Source of the DNA: a virus
Taxonomy: Duplodnaviria; Heunggongvirae; Uroviricota; Caudoviricetes
Direction: 5' to 3' (one strand)
IMG/VR virus record: IMGVR_UViG_3300041405_000130
DNA: 64,000 nucleotides
Shown here: positions 37,697 to 48,827 of the stretch, piece after piece
Numbering within the stretch: position 1 is the first letter of the stretch
Layout of the letters: each line of letters opens with the position of its first letter
The notes under the pieces: generated by a model
Told to the model about the DNA's origin: nothing
What the model saw: only the letters and a program-made list of their open reading frames with translations
Databases searched by the model: none
Made by a program: the position numbers and the translations under genes

Positions 37697-39793
37697 TTAC
37701 GCCTCGGTGTTGGCTTCCCGACGGATGGTGGTCAGGTTGAAGTTCAGAGTGGTGTGCGGGTTGTTAGCCGCAACAGTCACTTCACAGCTCCAGCTGGTAC
37801 CGTTGTTTTCGTCCATGGCAGAGATGTACGAACGTGGGATAACGTCAACGCGATCGCCGTAGCGCTCACGAGTCAGTTCCAGGATTCGTTCATCTGTACG
37901 CTCGATCAACTGTTCTTTCGACAGGAAGGCGTTACCAGAGAAGTCCGCATGAACCTTGTGGATCAGACGGATAAGGTCGCAGCAGATGTTGACTGTGATC
38001 GGCGACAGCAATACCGAAGTATCGTCTTTGTATACCGAACGCAGGCATGGGTAGTACTGAGAACGTTGGTCGTACGATTGCGACCAAGTAGCACCGTTTG
38101 CCCAAAGCTGTGCACGTGTACGCTCACTGAAGAACTTGACGTTCTGATCTTTGACCAGAGTAACGCGGTTGTTCGGAGAGACGTCCATCTCGAAGCCTTC
38201 ACGCAGGATACCAGTACCCATACCAGCGTACCGAGCCCACTTGACACCGATGTCCAGCAACTGAGGAACATACTTAGGCAGACCGTTACCGCCACCAATC
38301 AGCTTACCAGTTTGCAGGGCGATCATAGCACGGCAGACCGGAGTACCGAACAGAGTCGATTCAGGGAATGCTTGCAGGCGAGTGATCAGAGCCTGGCAAC
38401 GGGAAGCTTCTTCAGAAGCAGACAGCAACCGCGATTCACCATCCACGAAGGTAGTGAAGAAGTACTGTACGTCTTTACGAGCAGCCAGAACTTGGATTGC
38501 ACGGAACTTCGATTCCATCGGCAGACCGGTGTCGTATAGAACGCCGAACTGGTAGTGCGCGATGTTTTCGTACTGGTCATTGCCCAGCTTACCGAAGTTG
38601 GTGTTTTCGATGTCTACAAGCTTGTTGTATTCGTCGAGGGAAGTGGTACCGTCATCGCCGCCAGCAGCGTAGATAGTAGCGTTCTTACCGAGGGTCACAC
38701 CGCCACCCATTGCACCTTCCAATTGAATGGACTGGTACGCATCACCGTCTTCACCCAACATAGTCAGGAAGTCGATCTGCGAGGCACTGGTAACTGTACC
38801 GGCAATAGCTGGGTTCACAGCTTGTTCAGCAGCCAGGATCAGTTCCTGAACCAGCTTAACGTTATCGCGGTAAACATAGCACTGCGAGAACGGAGAATAC
38901 AGAACCGACAGGCCCGATTCAAAACCGTCATCAGAATACTTATCGATCAGTACGTCGTCGATGGTGTAATCCATGTTCAGTGTATCGGAGTAAACACCTG
39001 GATCGAAAGATACGTTAACGTAATCTTCGTCAGCAGCAGTTTTCACGATAACTGGAGTGTTACCTACGACTGGCAGTTCCACGAATTGAACGCGGTACAT
39101 ACGAGTCTTGAAGCGCTCTGCAGTCACTTCGTCGAAGCCATCTGGATCTTCAGTGTGAGTACACCAGATACGCATGCCCAGGTTGTTACCTTGAGCACCG
39201 AAGAAAGCAGCAGGCAATTCGAACAGCGGGTAAACAGTGGACTGCGAGTTATCAATGGTCGAAACCATAGTACCAGGCAGGATACGTTGAGTACCTACTT
39301 CGGAGTCGTTGTCACGGATCAAGATGACACGTGCACGGTAACCTTCCACTTGATTGTCTGCCATTGCAACTGGGTTAGCTGCCAGGTCATTGACTGCGTC
39401 TGGGTAGTTAAAGCCGCCCAGCTGAGTAATGGTCTGTGAGACATAATCGTGCACCATCTCTAGTGCGACGATAATACGAGCGGAGTTACCTGCGTCTTCT
39501 GGAGTCAAACGCTTCACGTAGAAGCCGTTACCTTCGCTGAGGAACTGGAGAGCCAGGAGAGACTGCTGGTTAAAATACTTGCTGCGCGGAGCGAGCGAGC
39601 TTTCACCGTAGATTGTAGCGAAGCCACCTTCATCGTTGCCGACATAAGTAGTTTCAGTTGGGCCAGTCTCAGTGAAGAGACGCAGCAGAGGAGTGTGCTG
39701 AGCAAACGTCACTGGTGGACGCTGGAATGCCCGACGACTCAGGTCCCGGATACCGTTAAAGGTTACCTTAGGGACAGCGTTGGTGTATGACAT
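37697..39793 (-). CDS. contractile tail sheath protein (phiKZ gp29-like)
   Basis: 698 aa; GGDDGT, LYDTG and C-terminal sheath-like segments; synteny with the terminase block. Confidence 0.85.
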   Translation of the reverse strand: MSYTNAVPKVTFNGIRDLSRRAFQRPPVTFAQHTPLLRLFTETGPTETTYVGNDEGGFATIYGESSLAPRSKYFNQQSLLALQFLSEGNGFYVKRLTPEDAGNSARIIVALEMVHDYVSQTITQLGGFNYPDAVNDLAANPVAMADNQVEGYRARVILIRDNDSEVGTQRILPGTMVSTIDNSQSTVYPLFELPAAFFGAQGNNLGMRIWCTHTEDPDGFDEVTAERFKTRMYRVQFVELPVVGNTPVIVKTAADEDYVNVSFDPGVYSDTLNMDYTIDDVLIDKYSDDGFESGLSVLYSPFSQCYVYRDNVKLVQELILAAEQAVNPAIAGTVTSASQIDFLTMLGEDGDAYQSIQLEGAMGGGVTLGKNATIYAAGGDDGTTSLDEYNKLVDIENTNFGKLGNDQYENIAHYQFGVLYDTGLPMESKFRAIQVLAARKDVQYFFTTFVDGESRLLSASEEASRCQALITRLQAFPESTLFGTPVCRAMIALQTGKLIGGGNGLPKYVPQLLDIGVKWARYAGMGTGILREGFEMDVSPNNRVTLVKDQNVKFFSERTRAQLWANGATWSQSYDQRSQYYPCLRSVYKDDTSVLLSPITVNICCDLIRLIHKVHADFSGNAFLSKEQLIERTDERILELTRERYGDRVDVIPRSYISAMDENNGTSWSCEVTVAANNPHTTLNFNLTTIRREANTEA

Positions 39794-39920
39794 CTTTTAT
39801 TTCTCCCAAGTATGGAGCATTTTGAACTCGATGTTATGAGTGTAAACTAACGGTCAATCATAGATATTAATTAAGATTGACCCATGAAGTTATTTTTTAC
39901 CCCCTAAAAGGAGATACGGA

Positions 39921-40856
39921 ATGGTCATCTTGCCATACCAAACGACCCTCGGTCGTCTGAACAAACCCGACGAATATGTACGTGCCGTTCGCAAAGCTGA
40001 GATCAGTCTGTCCCTGCCACCAATGGCGACAGTTAACAATGAACAACTTCGCGACACCGGATACGTAACTCCTCGTGAAGAACACGAAGACATTCCGAAC
40101 TTTGCTCACATCATCAATGTCGGTGACGAGCGCAACCCAATGCTAGTTGTTGATGGCCGTCAATACATGCGTTATGATGAACGCACTGGTGTAACACGCA
40201 TCATCGCTGCAAACGATTGGCAATTACAATGCGTACGAGTTGCCTTGACTCACAAGATGTTGGAGCAAGGCCCAGGTGCTTTCGCCCGACTAACAGATTT
40301 CCCAGCCAAAGTTTTTATGGACTGGATCTCGGGTACCCTGGTTCAACGTTACACCCTGCGCCCTGAATCTGAAATGGCACTGCGTGTTATCTCTGCTCTC
40401 TACTACCAAGCCATGTTGTCACCAGAACTCCGTGAGCCTGGTCATGACCGTGTTCGTTTCGCTTCGATCCTGAACCGCATTACTTCGGTACCGGTAGATT
40501 TCATCTTGAACCTGGTTGATCCAGACATGCAAGATTCCATCGGTCCTCTAAATAATGCTAATGACTTGGCCAAAGAGCTAAGTACAAAAGCTCGTACACT
40601 GAGCATGGGCGAACTTAAATTCGCTGACCTCCACGTACTATTGAAAGCATCGTGGTATGGAACAAATGCGTCGGATAACGTTGGTATGGCATTAGAACAC
40701 CTACCAACTTGGATTGCCATTCTTTACACGGCAGTATCCGATCGCTCATACCGTAAGTCCAAAATCACAGAGCGAGCCGAACGCATGGGTCGCGCTAATG
40801 ACATTCGTAACTTCATTGACCTCGTCGGTCGTTCGGTTACAGAACAATTCGCTTAA
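39921..40856 (+). CDS. virion structural protein (phiKZ gp28-like position)
   Basis: 311 aa, first gene of a plus-strand operon divergent from the sheath. Confidence 0.7.
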   Translation: MVILPYQTTLGRLNKPDEYVRAVRKAEISLSLPPMATVNNEQLRDTGYVTPREEHEDIPNFAHIINVGDERNPMLVVDGRQYMRYDERTGVTRIIAANDWQLQCVRVALTHKMLEQGPGAFARLTDFPAKVFMDWISGTLVQRYTLRPESEMALRVISALYYQAMLSPELREPGHDRVRFASILNRITSVPVDFILNLVDPDMQDSIGPLNNANDLAKELSTKARTLSMGELKFADLHVLLKASWYGTNASDNVGMALEHLPTWIAILYTAVSDRSYRKSKITERAERMGRANDIRNFIDLVGRSVTEQFA

Positions 40857-40868
40857 CAGGGGACAACA

Positions 40869-43583
40869 ATGAACGACTATCTGTTGCGCTACGCGATTGA
40901 TAACGTTTGGTGTAACCTTGGGCAAGATCGGCAGTTTGTATATCAACTGCGTCAACTGACTCCACGGTACGGCACACGTCGCTACTACACAGTTGATGCA
41001 CAGAAATACGTGCTGCCTTACGAGTCTGAACGGGATTGGTTCCACGTGTATCAAATCGGTCAGGTGGTTCCATCCCATCTGGCTCTCCCAAAGGTTTACA
41101 ACCAATGGATGTCATTGGAAAACCTAGCCATTCACAACAAGATGCTTGGCGAAGTTTACGTTGACAGTGGTATTCAGTTCTCTCGGGCTCAAACCTGGGT
41201 ATTGCTGACCTCCAACCAAAACTTACTGGTTGCTGTAAAGATCCTTCCTTTATTTCCGGATTTGGATGAACAACAGCCTTACCTTCACTTTTACCAAAAC
41301 GCTTTCTTTCACAGTAAGCGCTCCGACCAATCAGACCGTAACTTCATTGAAGCCTATTCCATCCGACCTAACACCACTGCTGAACTTCGTCAGTTCCAGG
41401 TGCGTATGCAAGATCTACTTGCAGAGAAAGGTGGGTTCCCGATGTGCTGGGTTAATGGACGATTGGTTCAAGAGATCTCGTTGGTAACAGCAGGACCAGG
41501 TGATTACTGCGAATGGGTATTGGACAGTTCGATCTATCGGGTTGAAGAATATCAGCTTAGCGGAACACCTACATTCACTTCGACTTTGGATACGGCTAAC
41601 AAATATCTGATTCACATGCCGAAGGCTAAAGCCGTATCGACGATTGAGTTCCATGACGACATTGCTGTGTTCCTTTGTAAGAACAACAATGCCCTACAAC
41701 GGTATTCGGGTGTTCATTATCATCACAACGATGGTAAGTGGATGCGTCAACTGACTCATCGCGATTGGTCTATTCCAGTAGGCCGTGTACAGTCGTTGAT
41801 TGCTAGCCACCCAGAAGATCCACGGGTGGGCACTGATCCACGTTGGCAGTCTGATAAATGGACTACCGCTGATCCGATGTATATCCGCATGTTTCATCGC
41901 CGTTCAGGTAATGAGCGTCCGATTGTGGCGGAGTCCTCCCGCATCCAAGAACTTTACCGTTTGTCTGACACGGATATCATTCGGGCTATGACAGGTGCAG
42001 ATTCAATGCCGTTGTGGCATGCAGCGAATCTGGAGAAAGCAGCGTATGTTCGATTCATGTCGGCAGATCCAAATGTAATCTACCCGATCGCATTCCAAGA
42101 CCCGTCTAAAACGAATCAAAACAAACGAGATGCACAGAACTTTGCTGGTGACGTTTTTGGTTATCACGAGTCTGCACATCTGTTGGCTAACAATCCGGCT
42201 AAGGTCTATACAGATCAATCCAGTCGTGTTGCTGACCTGGCTTACGTCTACTGGGAAAATGCTACTGTATTCGAATACGATGCGACTGGTGTTTTGCTGG
42301 AATGGCATCACCACACAGGTGGATCACGTTACTACGTGCATAATGCCAGCTGTGCCCTCGTAGAAGCGATCACAGGCGTCGGTAGCACTGATTTGGAAGG
42401 TGTGTATGGGGTAACCGATACTCCTCTTCCAGACGGCTATGAGTTCAGAGTCTATGTCAACCGTGTTTGGGGTGGAATGCCTACCGGTGAATGGCAGGAC
42501 ATCACTGATCTACCTAATCGTCACGATTGGGGCTACCTAGATGAAACGGGTACGGTTCCTGTATGGCGTTGGTTGGTTCCTGCGACGGAATGGCAAGGTT
42601 TGATTCGTCGTTCTAATCGGTTCTTCTTGGACTCTCGTCGTTTTAACAAAAGCGATGGTATGATCCGATTTAGTTTCCGTCATGTTTCCATGTCCTCTGG
42701 GCAAGAAACAGAAGAACTGATGGATGTTCCTTTCGGTCAACTGGATGTATTCCTGGCTGATGAGAATGGTGAGAATGGTCGTCCTTTAATCGAGGGCCTC
42801 GACTATGTAATTATTCCCGGTAAGACGTTCCAAGAAACTCAGGTCGTACTGAACAACTTGGAATATCTAAATGACGTCAACACTGTCATTTACCGGGGTC
42901 ATGGTTTCTGTTCACCACAGCTCACAATGTACCAACCGACCGAATTTGGTTTCGTTGAATACGGCGTATTGTCTGGCAACAGTATCTACGATGTCCACAC
43001 GCACAAGATGCAACGGATTATCGTAGATGGCCACTACCGTTCTTTTGAAGACGTTAAGTTTGATGAAGACTACTCTGACCTGATCATTGCTGATGAACGT
43101 AACGGTTCACCTTACCAGATCCAAACACCACAAGTTACTTTCCGTGATGTGTACGATCCTGATGGTGCAGCACGCGTTGCTGACGATATCAAAGACAAAC
43201 AAGTCAGTGACTACATGACGGAATACTTCCCGTCCCGACCTCGCCCTAACTCGGACAAGATCGAGCGGTCGTACTACGTTTATAGTGCTTACGCTAACAA
43301 GATTCTAAACGATCTAATTGCGGGTACATTGAAGCCACCGATTGTCAATGGTTTCTACACCGATATGGACATTGCTAATGCCGTCGCCAAATACGACTGG
43401 TTGAAGCCGTTCGATATGTGTAACCGTGAGTACAACAAGAACCACGTCATCATCTATCCACACTGGCATGCGACTGCCCAGGGATTGGACATCCAACAGT
43501 ATGACTTCTTTGTGAGAGTACTGAAATTGGGTCTCCGTGAAGTACCTGATCTTTCACATTCCATTTACATCACGAGGACTTAA
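40869..43583 (+). CDS. virion structural protein, probable baseplate (phiKZ gp27-like position)
   Basis: 904 aa; synteny. Confidence 0.7.
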   Translation: MNDYLLRYAIDNVWCNLGQDRQFVYQLRQLTPRYGTRRYYTVDAQKYVLPYESERDWFHVYQIGQVVPSHLALPKVYNQWMSLENLAIHNKMLGEVYVDSGIQFSRAQTWVLLTSNQNLLVAVKILPLFPDLDEQQPYLHFYQNAFFHSKRSDQSDRNFIEAYSIRPNTTAELRQFQVRMQDLLAEKGGFPMCWVNGRLVQEISLVTAGPGDYCEWVLDSSIYRVEEYQLSGTPTFTSTLDTANKYLIHMPKAKAVSTIEFHDDIAVFLCKNNNALQRYSGVHYHHNDGKWMRQLTHRDWSIPVGRVQSLIASHPEDPRVGTDPRWQSDKWTTADPMYIRMFHRRSGNERPIVAESSRIQELYRLSDTDIIRAMTGADSMPLWHAANLEKAAYVRFMSADPNVIYPIAFQDPSKTNQNKRDAQNFAGDVFGYHESAHLLANNPAKVYTDQSSRVADLAYVYWENATVFEYDATGVLLEWHHHTGGSRYYVHNASCALVEAITGVGSTDLEGVYGVTDTPLPDGYEFRVYVNRVWGGMPTGEWQDITDLPNRHDWGYLDETGTVPVWRWLVPATEWQGLIRRSNRFFLDSRRFNKSDGMIRFSFRHVSMSSGQETEELMDVPFGQLDVFLADENGENGRPLIEGLDYVIIPGKTFQETQVVLNNLEYLNDVNTVIYRGHGFCSPQLTMYQPTEFGFVEYGVLSGNSIYDVHTHKMQRIIVDGHYRSFEDVKFDEDYSDLIIADERNGSPYQIQTPQVTFRDVYDPDGAARVADDIKDKQVSDYMTEYFPSRPRPNSDKIERSYYVYSAYANKILNDLIAGTLKPPIVNGFYTDMDIANAVAKYDWLKPFDMCNREYNKNHVIIYPHWHATAQGLDIQQYDFFVRVLKLGLREVPDLSHSIYITRT

Positions 43584-45265
43584 TGATGGCTTTTACACCA
43601 TTCGTCCGTTCTGCCTTCCTGGACCCGCAACGTGGGTTCTGGACTTGGCTACGTTCGGAAATTGTTAGCTTTCCAGGTGAGACTAACAAATACATCCCTA
43701 ACGTGAATGACGCCGTCCGTGATTGGGACCAAGGCTTGTTCCGCGTTATTGAAGTTGATCAGACCACAGGTATGTCGGTACTGGAGAAATGGGTTGATCC
43801 TGTTACTCCAGATCCGGATGGTCCTGAGAACGTTTTGATTGCTACCGGCCCAGGGTATACTTCGGAATCGTTCCGGATGTTCTTGGACCAAACTGTAACA
43901 CCGCACACTTTCTCTCCTGACCTACGTTGTCATTTCTATGGTACCGAAGTTCAAGGCTATAAAGTTTTCCAGGGTAGCGATATCTCGGAACAATACGGTA
44001 AAGTGATTTCGGAGTATTACGATGCTTCGGGTAACTACCTAGGTCCGATGATCCCGGTAGAAGTTGCTTTGCTCCCAGGTCTGTTGCCAGGTACTCAGTA
44101 CAAGAACGGTATTACTGTTCCAATGGCTGGTTACACTTCGGTTGATCTGCCTGATGGTGAGCGTGTTACTTTGGTTGCCTATTCGGCTAACGGTAAGCAG
44201 CTGTCGATTGCACAGCTTGTTGTGGTTAACTCCCAGGCTATCCGTCAACCAGACACTTCGAAACGTTACGTTAAAGGTATTTCGATTGATACTCCATGGC
44301 TCAGTTCTGCTGATCCTAAAGTCATCGAGTTCCCTCTGAACGTTGCAGTTGAATCGTTGCCAATGGTTGGCCGTGTGCATTACCGTGATGGTAAGAAAGA
44401 ACCTAAGGCCATCAATGGTGGTCAAATGGAACTGCTGGGTCTCCGTAACTACGTGGCTACTGAAGTTGGTCAAGAGTTCGGTATGACACTGACTTATCAG
44501 CTGGCACAAGACGAAATCTCTTACGGGTTGAATCCGACTACTGATCGCAAGATCACCATGTCCTACATCGCTCGTACCACTCCAGCAGAAGGTGCTTACG
44601 AATGTCGTCTATTTGTATATCCTGTTTGGGTAAACGAGGCGGTCGGTTACCGACTGGAGTTCTGGCTATACAACCAAGACCGCGAACGGTTCTGGAACGT
44701 CACGCCACAGATTCAATTGGGCATGACATCCAAAGCCTTCGATCCGAAAGGTTACGGGTACATTCAAGATTTGACTTACGCGTTGAACTTAAACGAAGTG
44801 GACGGTGTTTTCAAACCTGTTCGTTTTGTGACCAACGTACAGATCTCGTTACTCACAGCTGGCAACAACAATGCCAACTGGGAAATCAAAGCACGCCCTG
44901 ATCAAGATTCGGCTTACGGTCGAGACTTGAAAGCTAACGTAGAATTCCTGGCCACAAACCAATGGAACCTTCGTCTGGCTAACGGTGCGCAAACTAAAGA
45001 ACAGTGGCTGAATAAGATGTACTACGCCGCTGAGCCTTTGATCAACCCAGAAGCTGAAGTGATTGCGCCAGCACCTACACACTTCCGTGTACAGTTCTTG
45101 CACAACATTTACGAGTACTCGGTGGCTCAGTGGGGTGATGTTCTGAAGGTAAACAACGACCTAACTAACGACGGGGAATTGGTGTACATTCAGTGGATTC
45201 GTCGGACTGTAGGCACAGACCTGCAACTGGCAATGACCGCATTACCGCTGAAACAACTGGTATAA
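43583..45265 (+). CDS. virion structural protein, probable baseplate (phiKZ gp26-like position)
   Basis: 560 aa, TAATG coupled; synteny. Confidence 0.7.
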   Translation: MMAFTPFVRSAFLDPQRGFWTWLRSEIVSFPGETNKYIPNVNDAVRDWDQGLFRVIEVDQTTGMSVLEKWVDPVTPDPDGPENVLIATGPGYTSESFRMFLDQTVTPHTFSPDLRCHFYGTEVQGYKVFQGSDISEQYGKVISEYYDASGNYLGPMIPVEVALLPGLLPGTQYKNGITVPMAGYTSVDLPDGERVTLVAYSANGKQLSIAQLVVVNSQAIRQPDTSKRYVKGISIDTPWLSSADPKVIEFPLNVAVESLPMVGRVHYRDGKKEPKAINGGQMELLGLRNYVATEVGQEFGMTLTYQLAQDEISYGLNPTTDRKITMSYIARTTPAEGAYECRLFVYPVWVNEAVGYRLEFWLYNQDRERFWNVTPQIQLGMTSKAFDPKGYGYIQDLTYALNLNEVDGVFKPVRFVTNVQISLLTAGNNNANWEIKARPDQDSAYGRDLKANVEFLATNQWNLRLANGAQTKEQWLNKMYYAAEPLINPEAEVIAPAPTHFRVQFLHNIYEYSVAQWGDVLKVNNDLTNDGELVYIQWIRRTVGTDLQLAMTALPLKQLV

Positions 45266-45275
45266 ACAACATACT

Positions 45276-45304
45276 CGGCTACCCAATGGTAGCCGTTTAT
45301 GCCG
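45276..45304 (+). terminator. terminator, TTTATGCCG family
   Basis: CGGCTACC-CAAT-GGTAGCCG-TTTATGCCG. Confidence 0.8.
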
Positions 45305-45396
45305 TAATTGTATGACTCATATACGTTTCCGGGCAGGGGCGGGGTCAAAATCTTTTATACCGCTACCGCCCTATATACCTACAAAGGACTAAAAAC

Positions 45397-47553
45397 ATGA
45401 ACGTAATTCTCTTTATTGAAGACTGGGAAAAGTTTCCATCTGCAATTGCGGATACAAAAACAAAGAACGAATCATTCCTGAAGTTGGTTGCCCTGTACAA
45501 GAAAATGGGCATCAAAAACTCTGACTTCTGTCTAGCATTATTCCAACCAGAACTCCAAGGCGTAGACCCGTACGACGAAACACTCGACGATGCCACTAAG
45601 ATGAAGATCATGCTGGAGGCGAAGTATAACCCCTGGTATTACTTCCGAGAGATTGCTCGCATTCCACCAACCTCTGGTAACAACCCGATTCCTTTCCGGG
45701 CCAACCGTGGTAACATCGCTCTGTTCTGGTCGTTCTTTAACCACGTAGACTTCGGCCTGCTGCAACCACGTCAGACCGGTAAGTCTGTATCGACTGACGT
45801 ACTCATGACTGGGATGATGTACATCTGGGGTGAGAACACTGTAATCAACCTGATTACGAAAGATACAAAACTGAAGAACGCGAACATCGAACGTCTGAAG
45901 ATCATGATGGATTTGCTACCAAGCTATATCCACCAGAAAGACTTTGCTGATGTTGATAACCAAGACATGATGACCTGTATCCGTTTGGGTAACAAGTACA
46001 AGTCTTCGGTAGGCCGTAACGATAAAATCGCTGCTGACAAACTTGGTCGGGGTTTGACCGTACCTATTATGCACTTTGACGAACTTGCGTACATCAACTT
46101 AATTGAGTACTCGCTTCCGGTAGCTCTGGCATCGGGATCGGCAGCACGTGAAGAAGCGGCAGCACAAGGCCAGCCATACGGCAACGTATTCACAACAACT
46201 GCTGGTAACATCACAACTCGAGATGGTGCATTTGCACATAGCTTCCTTACTTCGGGTGCTCCATGGACTGAGACTTGGTTTGACTTAGCTGGTCAAGAAA
46301 CACTGCACAAAGTCATTGACAAAATGTGTGGTGAAGGTAAGTCGATTATTTACGGTGCATTTAACCACCGTCAATTAGGTCGTGATGATGCTTGGTTGTT
46401 TAAGACACTTCGGGAATCTGCACAGTACGGCGAAATCGCTGACCGAGATTACTTCAACATCTGGACTGTTGGTGGTGAGGGTTCCCCTATCACACAAGAA
46501 CAGAAGAAGCGAATCAAAGAGTCTGAGAAAGAACCGCTATGGAACGAGATCACTCCGGAAGGTTACACTGTACGTTGGTACATTCCAAAAGAGCAAGTCG
46601 AAATGCGAATGGCGGCAAGCCGTTATGTAATGGGACTTGACCCTTCGGAACTCTTAGGCGAAAAGTCTGACGCCACCGGTATGGTTATCATTGACGTAGA
46701 AACACATGACATCGTTGCTACTGGTCGTTATAACGAAACTAACGTTCCCCAGTTGTCTGCTTTCTTAGCTTCTATCTTACTGCGCTTCTCGACGATTACT
46801 TTCGTACCAGAACGTAAGTCGATGGGTATGGCTATTATTGACTACGTGGTGATTGCATTGCATCGTGCTGGTGTAGACCCATTCAAGCGGATCTTCAACC
46901 GTATCGTAGATGATGCTACTATTATGGAATCTGAGTTCCGTGATATCCAGGCTCCAATGTCAACACGTTCGGCTACATTCTACGATCGCTTTAAACGTCA
47001 CTTTGGTTTCAACACCGCAGGCAGTGGTCGTTACTCACGAGATGCATTGTACGTCGTATCGTTACCGTCGTCTATGGATTATGGTTCACGTCGAATGCAC
47101 TGTAACTTACTGATCACTGAGATCTTGGCATTGACTATCCGCAATGGCCGTATTGACCACAACCGCGGTAACCACGATGACTTGGTAATCTCCATGCTGT
47201 TGGCTCACTGGCTGTGTATCCAAGGTCAAAACCTTTCTTACTACGGTATCAACTCTAATAACATTTTCTCCAAGGCACAGATCTCTGATCGAGAACTGAC
47301 TAAGGTTGAAGTATATCGTGAAGAAGTCGGTTCTCGTGCTAAGCAAGAATTCGATGCATTGATCGAAGAGATGAAAGGTGAGAAGAATCCGATGGTATCC
47401 GCTAAGATCGAACTCAAGTTGCGGGCACTGTCTCGACACATCAACTTGGATGAAGCTTCTGGTGCTGGTATCGATGCAATGATTCGTCAAGTTAAGGATG
47501 AACGTTCGCGTAAGGTTCGTACTAACCGCTATACTCCGACAATCGGTATGTAA
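45397..47553 (+). CDS. terL: terminase large subunit
   Basis: Walker A PRQTGKS, Walker B HFDE, coupling motif TTAG, RuvC-like GLDPS and HDDLV; 718 aa. Confidence 0.93.
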   Translation: MNVILFIEDWEKFPSAIADTKTKNESFLKLVALYKKMGIKNSDFCLALFQPELQGVDPYDETLDDATKMKIMLEAKYNPWYYFREIARIPPTSGNNPIPFRANRGNIALFWSFFNHVDFGLLQPRQTGKSVSTDVLMTGMMYIWGENTVINLITKDTKLKNANIERLKIMMDLLPSYIHQKDFADVDNQDMMTCIRLGNKYKSSVGRNDKIAADKLGRGLTVPIMHFDELAYINLIEYSLPVALASGSAAREEAAAQGQPYGNVFTTTAGNITTRDGAFAHSFLTSGAPWTETWFDLAGQETLHKVIDKMCGEGKSIIYGAFNHRQLGRDDAWLFKTLRESAQYGEIADRDYFNIWTVGGEGSPITQEQKKRIKESEKEPLWNEITPEGYTVRWYIPKEQVEMRMAASRYVMGLDPSELLGEKSDATGMVIIDVETHDIVATGRYNETNVPQLSAFLASILLRFSTITFVPERKSMGMAIIDYVVIALHRAGVDPFKRIFNRIVDDATIMESEFRDIQAPMSTRSATFYDRFKRHFGFNTAGSGRYSRDALYVVSLPSSMDYGSRRMHCNLLITEILALTIRNGRIDHNRGNHDDLVISMLLAHWLCIQGQNLSYYGINSNNIFSKAQISDRELTKVEVYREEVGSRAKQEFDALIEEMKGEKNPMVSAKIELKLRALSRHINLDEASGAGIDAMIRQVKDERSRKVRTNRYTPTIGM

Positions 47554-47579
47554 CGAAACAAAAAAAAATAAGGCATAGC

Positions 47580-47608
47580 GGCTACCCCGAAGGGTAGCCT
47601 TTATGTCG
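47580..47608. terminator. bidirectional terminator
   Basis: GGCTACCC-CGAA-GGGTAGCC-TTTATGTCG. Confidence 0.8.
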
Positions 47609-47615
47609 TCACAGA

Positions 47616-48323
47616 TTAACTGTTAACTACCTTCACTTCAAACTGCATGTCCACTGGTGCATCACTAGGGACCATCGGCAGCGATTGAATACTCCGACGA
47701 GTCAGGTATTTGAATCGCTTGAAGTGGAACAGATTTTCTTCACTGGAATGTACATACCACACGCGATCAGTTGGGTCAGTCACCACCGTGCCGAACATGT
47801 TACCGTTTTGGGTTTTCTGGACTTCGGTAACATTTGCACCCAGCACGTGAGCAATGAATGCCAGTTGCTCATCACGAGTCTCACGAGTAGAATCGCGCAA
47901 ACGCATACGAATGCGTGCCATTACCTGCCCATCACGTGCTCTTTTTGCCGGGCAGCGATCAGGATGTTTATTGATCTTTTCATACTGTCGCAACAGAGCT
48001 TCCTGTGTAACAACGGCCACATCACCGATATGGATGTAGTCGCTATCAACAGTATCGCGGGGGTGGATATCGAAATGCTCGTCTACTGTGAACATGTCGC
48101 CACACAAACCTTTCTTCATTACGAAAGGTCCGAGAGTTGGGCTATAAGCAGTATTGAACCACTCATAAGTATCCATCTGCATATCCAGATCGATATCGCC
48201 AGTTTCTTCACGAAGACCATGAAGTACAGCGGCAGCCCCATAGCCAACAACTACCGAACCAAGTTCAGTACGATACTTGTTATTGAACATGCGCATCTGG
48301 TCGATGATCATAGCAGCATTCAT
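47616..48323 (-). CDS. putative pol-beta-fold nucleotidyltransferase-like protein
   Basis: VVGYGAAAVLHGLREETGDIDL resembles the G.G.A...T.DID signature. Confidence 0.55.
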   Translation of the reverse strand: MNAAMIIDQMRMFNNKYRTELGSVVVGYGAAAVLHGLREETGDIDLDMQMDTYEWFNTAYSPTLGPFVMKKGLCGDMFTVDEHFDIHPRDTVDSDYIHIGDVAVVTQEALLRQYEKINKHPDRCPAKRARDGQVMARIRMRLRDSTRETRDEQLAFIAHVLGANVTEVQKTQNGNMFGTVVTDPTDRVWYVHSSEENLFHFKRFKYLTRRSIQSLPMVPSDAPVDMQFEVKVVNS

Positions 48324-48347
48324 TTGTATTTCCTTGTGTAAAAGTTA

Positions 48348-48363
48348 CCTCCCCGAAGGGAGG
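48348..48363 (-). terminator. hairpin terminator
   Basis: CCTCCC-TTCG-GGGAGG on the minus strand. Confidence 0.6.
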
Positions 48364-48376
48364 CATCTGATGGTTC

Positions 48377-48772
48377 TTATTGATTACGCAGCTGTTGCAG
48401 CGTGCGTCCGATATGGTAGAACTCAGAAGCAAAGCTTTCTACCGAGGAATAAACTTCTGGCCGAAGTTCTTTCATCATCCAGACCATGCAATCGATCAGG
48501 CATTCGAAGTCATCGGTTTCGATGTCGTGCGTGATCTGGTTTTTGGATTGATCGTAAACGACCAGTGTTACGTTATCTTTGATTACCGTCAGGATTTCGT
48601 CATTCACTTCGAAAGTGAAGTCGGCACCTGCTGGTGAGAATTCGGTGTAGAAACGTTCTTGTGTTTCCAGAAACAGGTTCATCAGAATTTGCAGCTTCTT
48701 CATTTGCTTCTTCATGCGGTGCAGCTCCGTGGTTTGTGCAGCTATAATAACGCTTAATTTGATTTGGTGCAA
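48377..48772 (-). CDS. hypothetical protein
   Basis: 131-aa ORF after an early-type motif. Confidence 0.65.
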   Translation of the reverse strand: MHQIKLSVIIAAQTTELHRMKKQMKKLQILMNLFLETQERFYTEFSPAGADFTFEVNDEILTVIKDNVTLVVYDQSKNQITHDIETDDFECLIDCMVWMMKELRPEVYSSVESFASEFYHIGRTLQQLRNQ

Positions 48773-48799
48773 GCATTTTATTCAGGTACATCCATAAAA

Positions 48800-48817
48800 G
48801 TAATATAGTCCTTTAAA
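48800..48817 (-). promoter_or_regulatory. early-type promoter TTTAAAGGACTATATTAC
   Basis: Exact TATATTAC core. Confidence 0.6.
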
Positions 48818-48827
48818 ACTTTTAAAT

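Noticed and set aside
45331-45344. G-quadruplex candidate upstream of terL
   Set aside because: Only three G3+ tracts, and a Watson-Crick hairpin explains the sequence better
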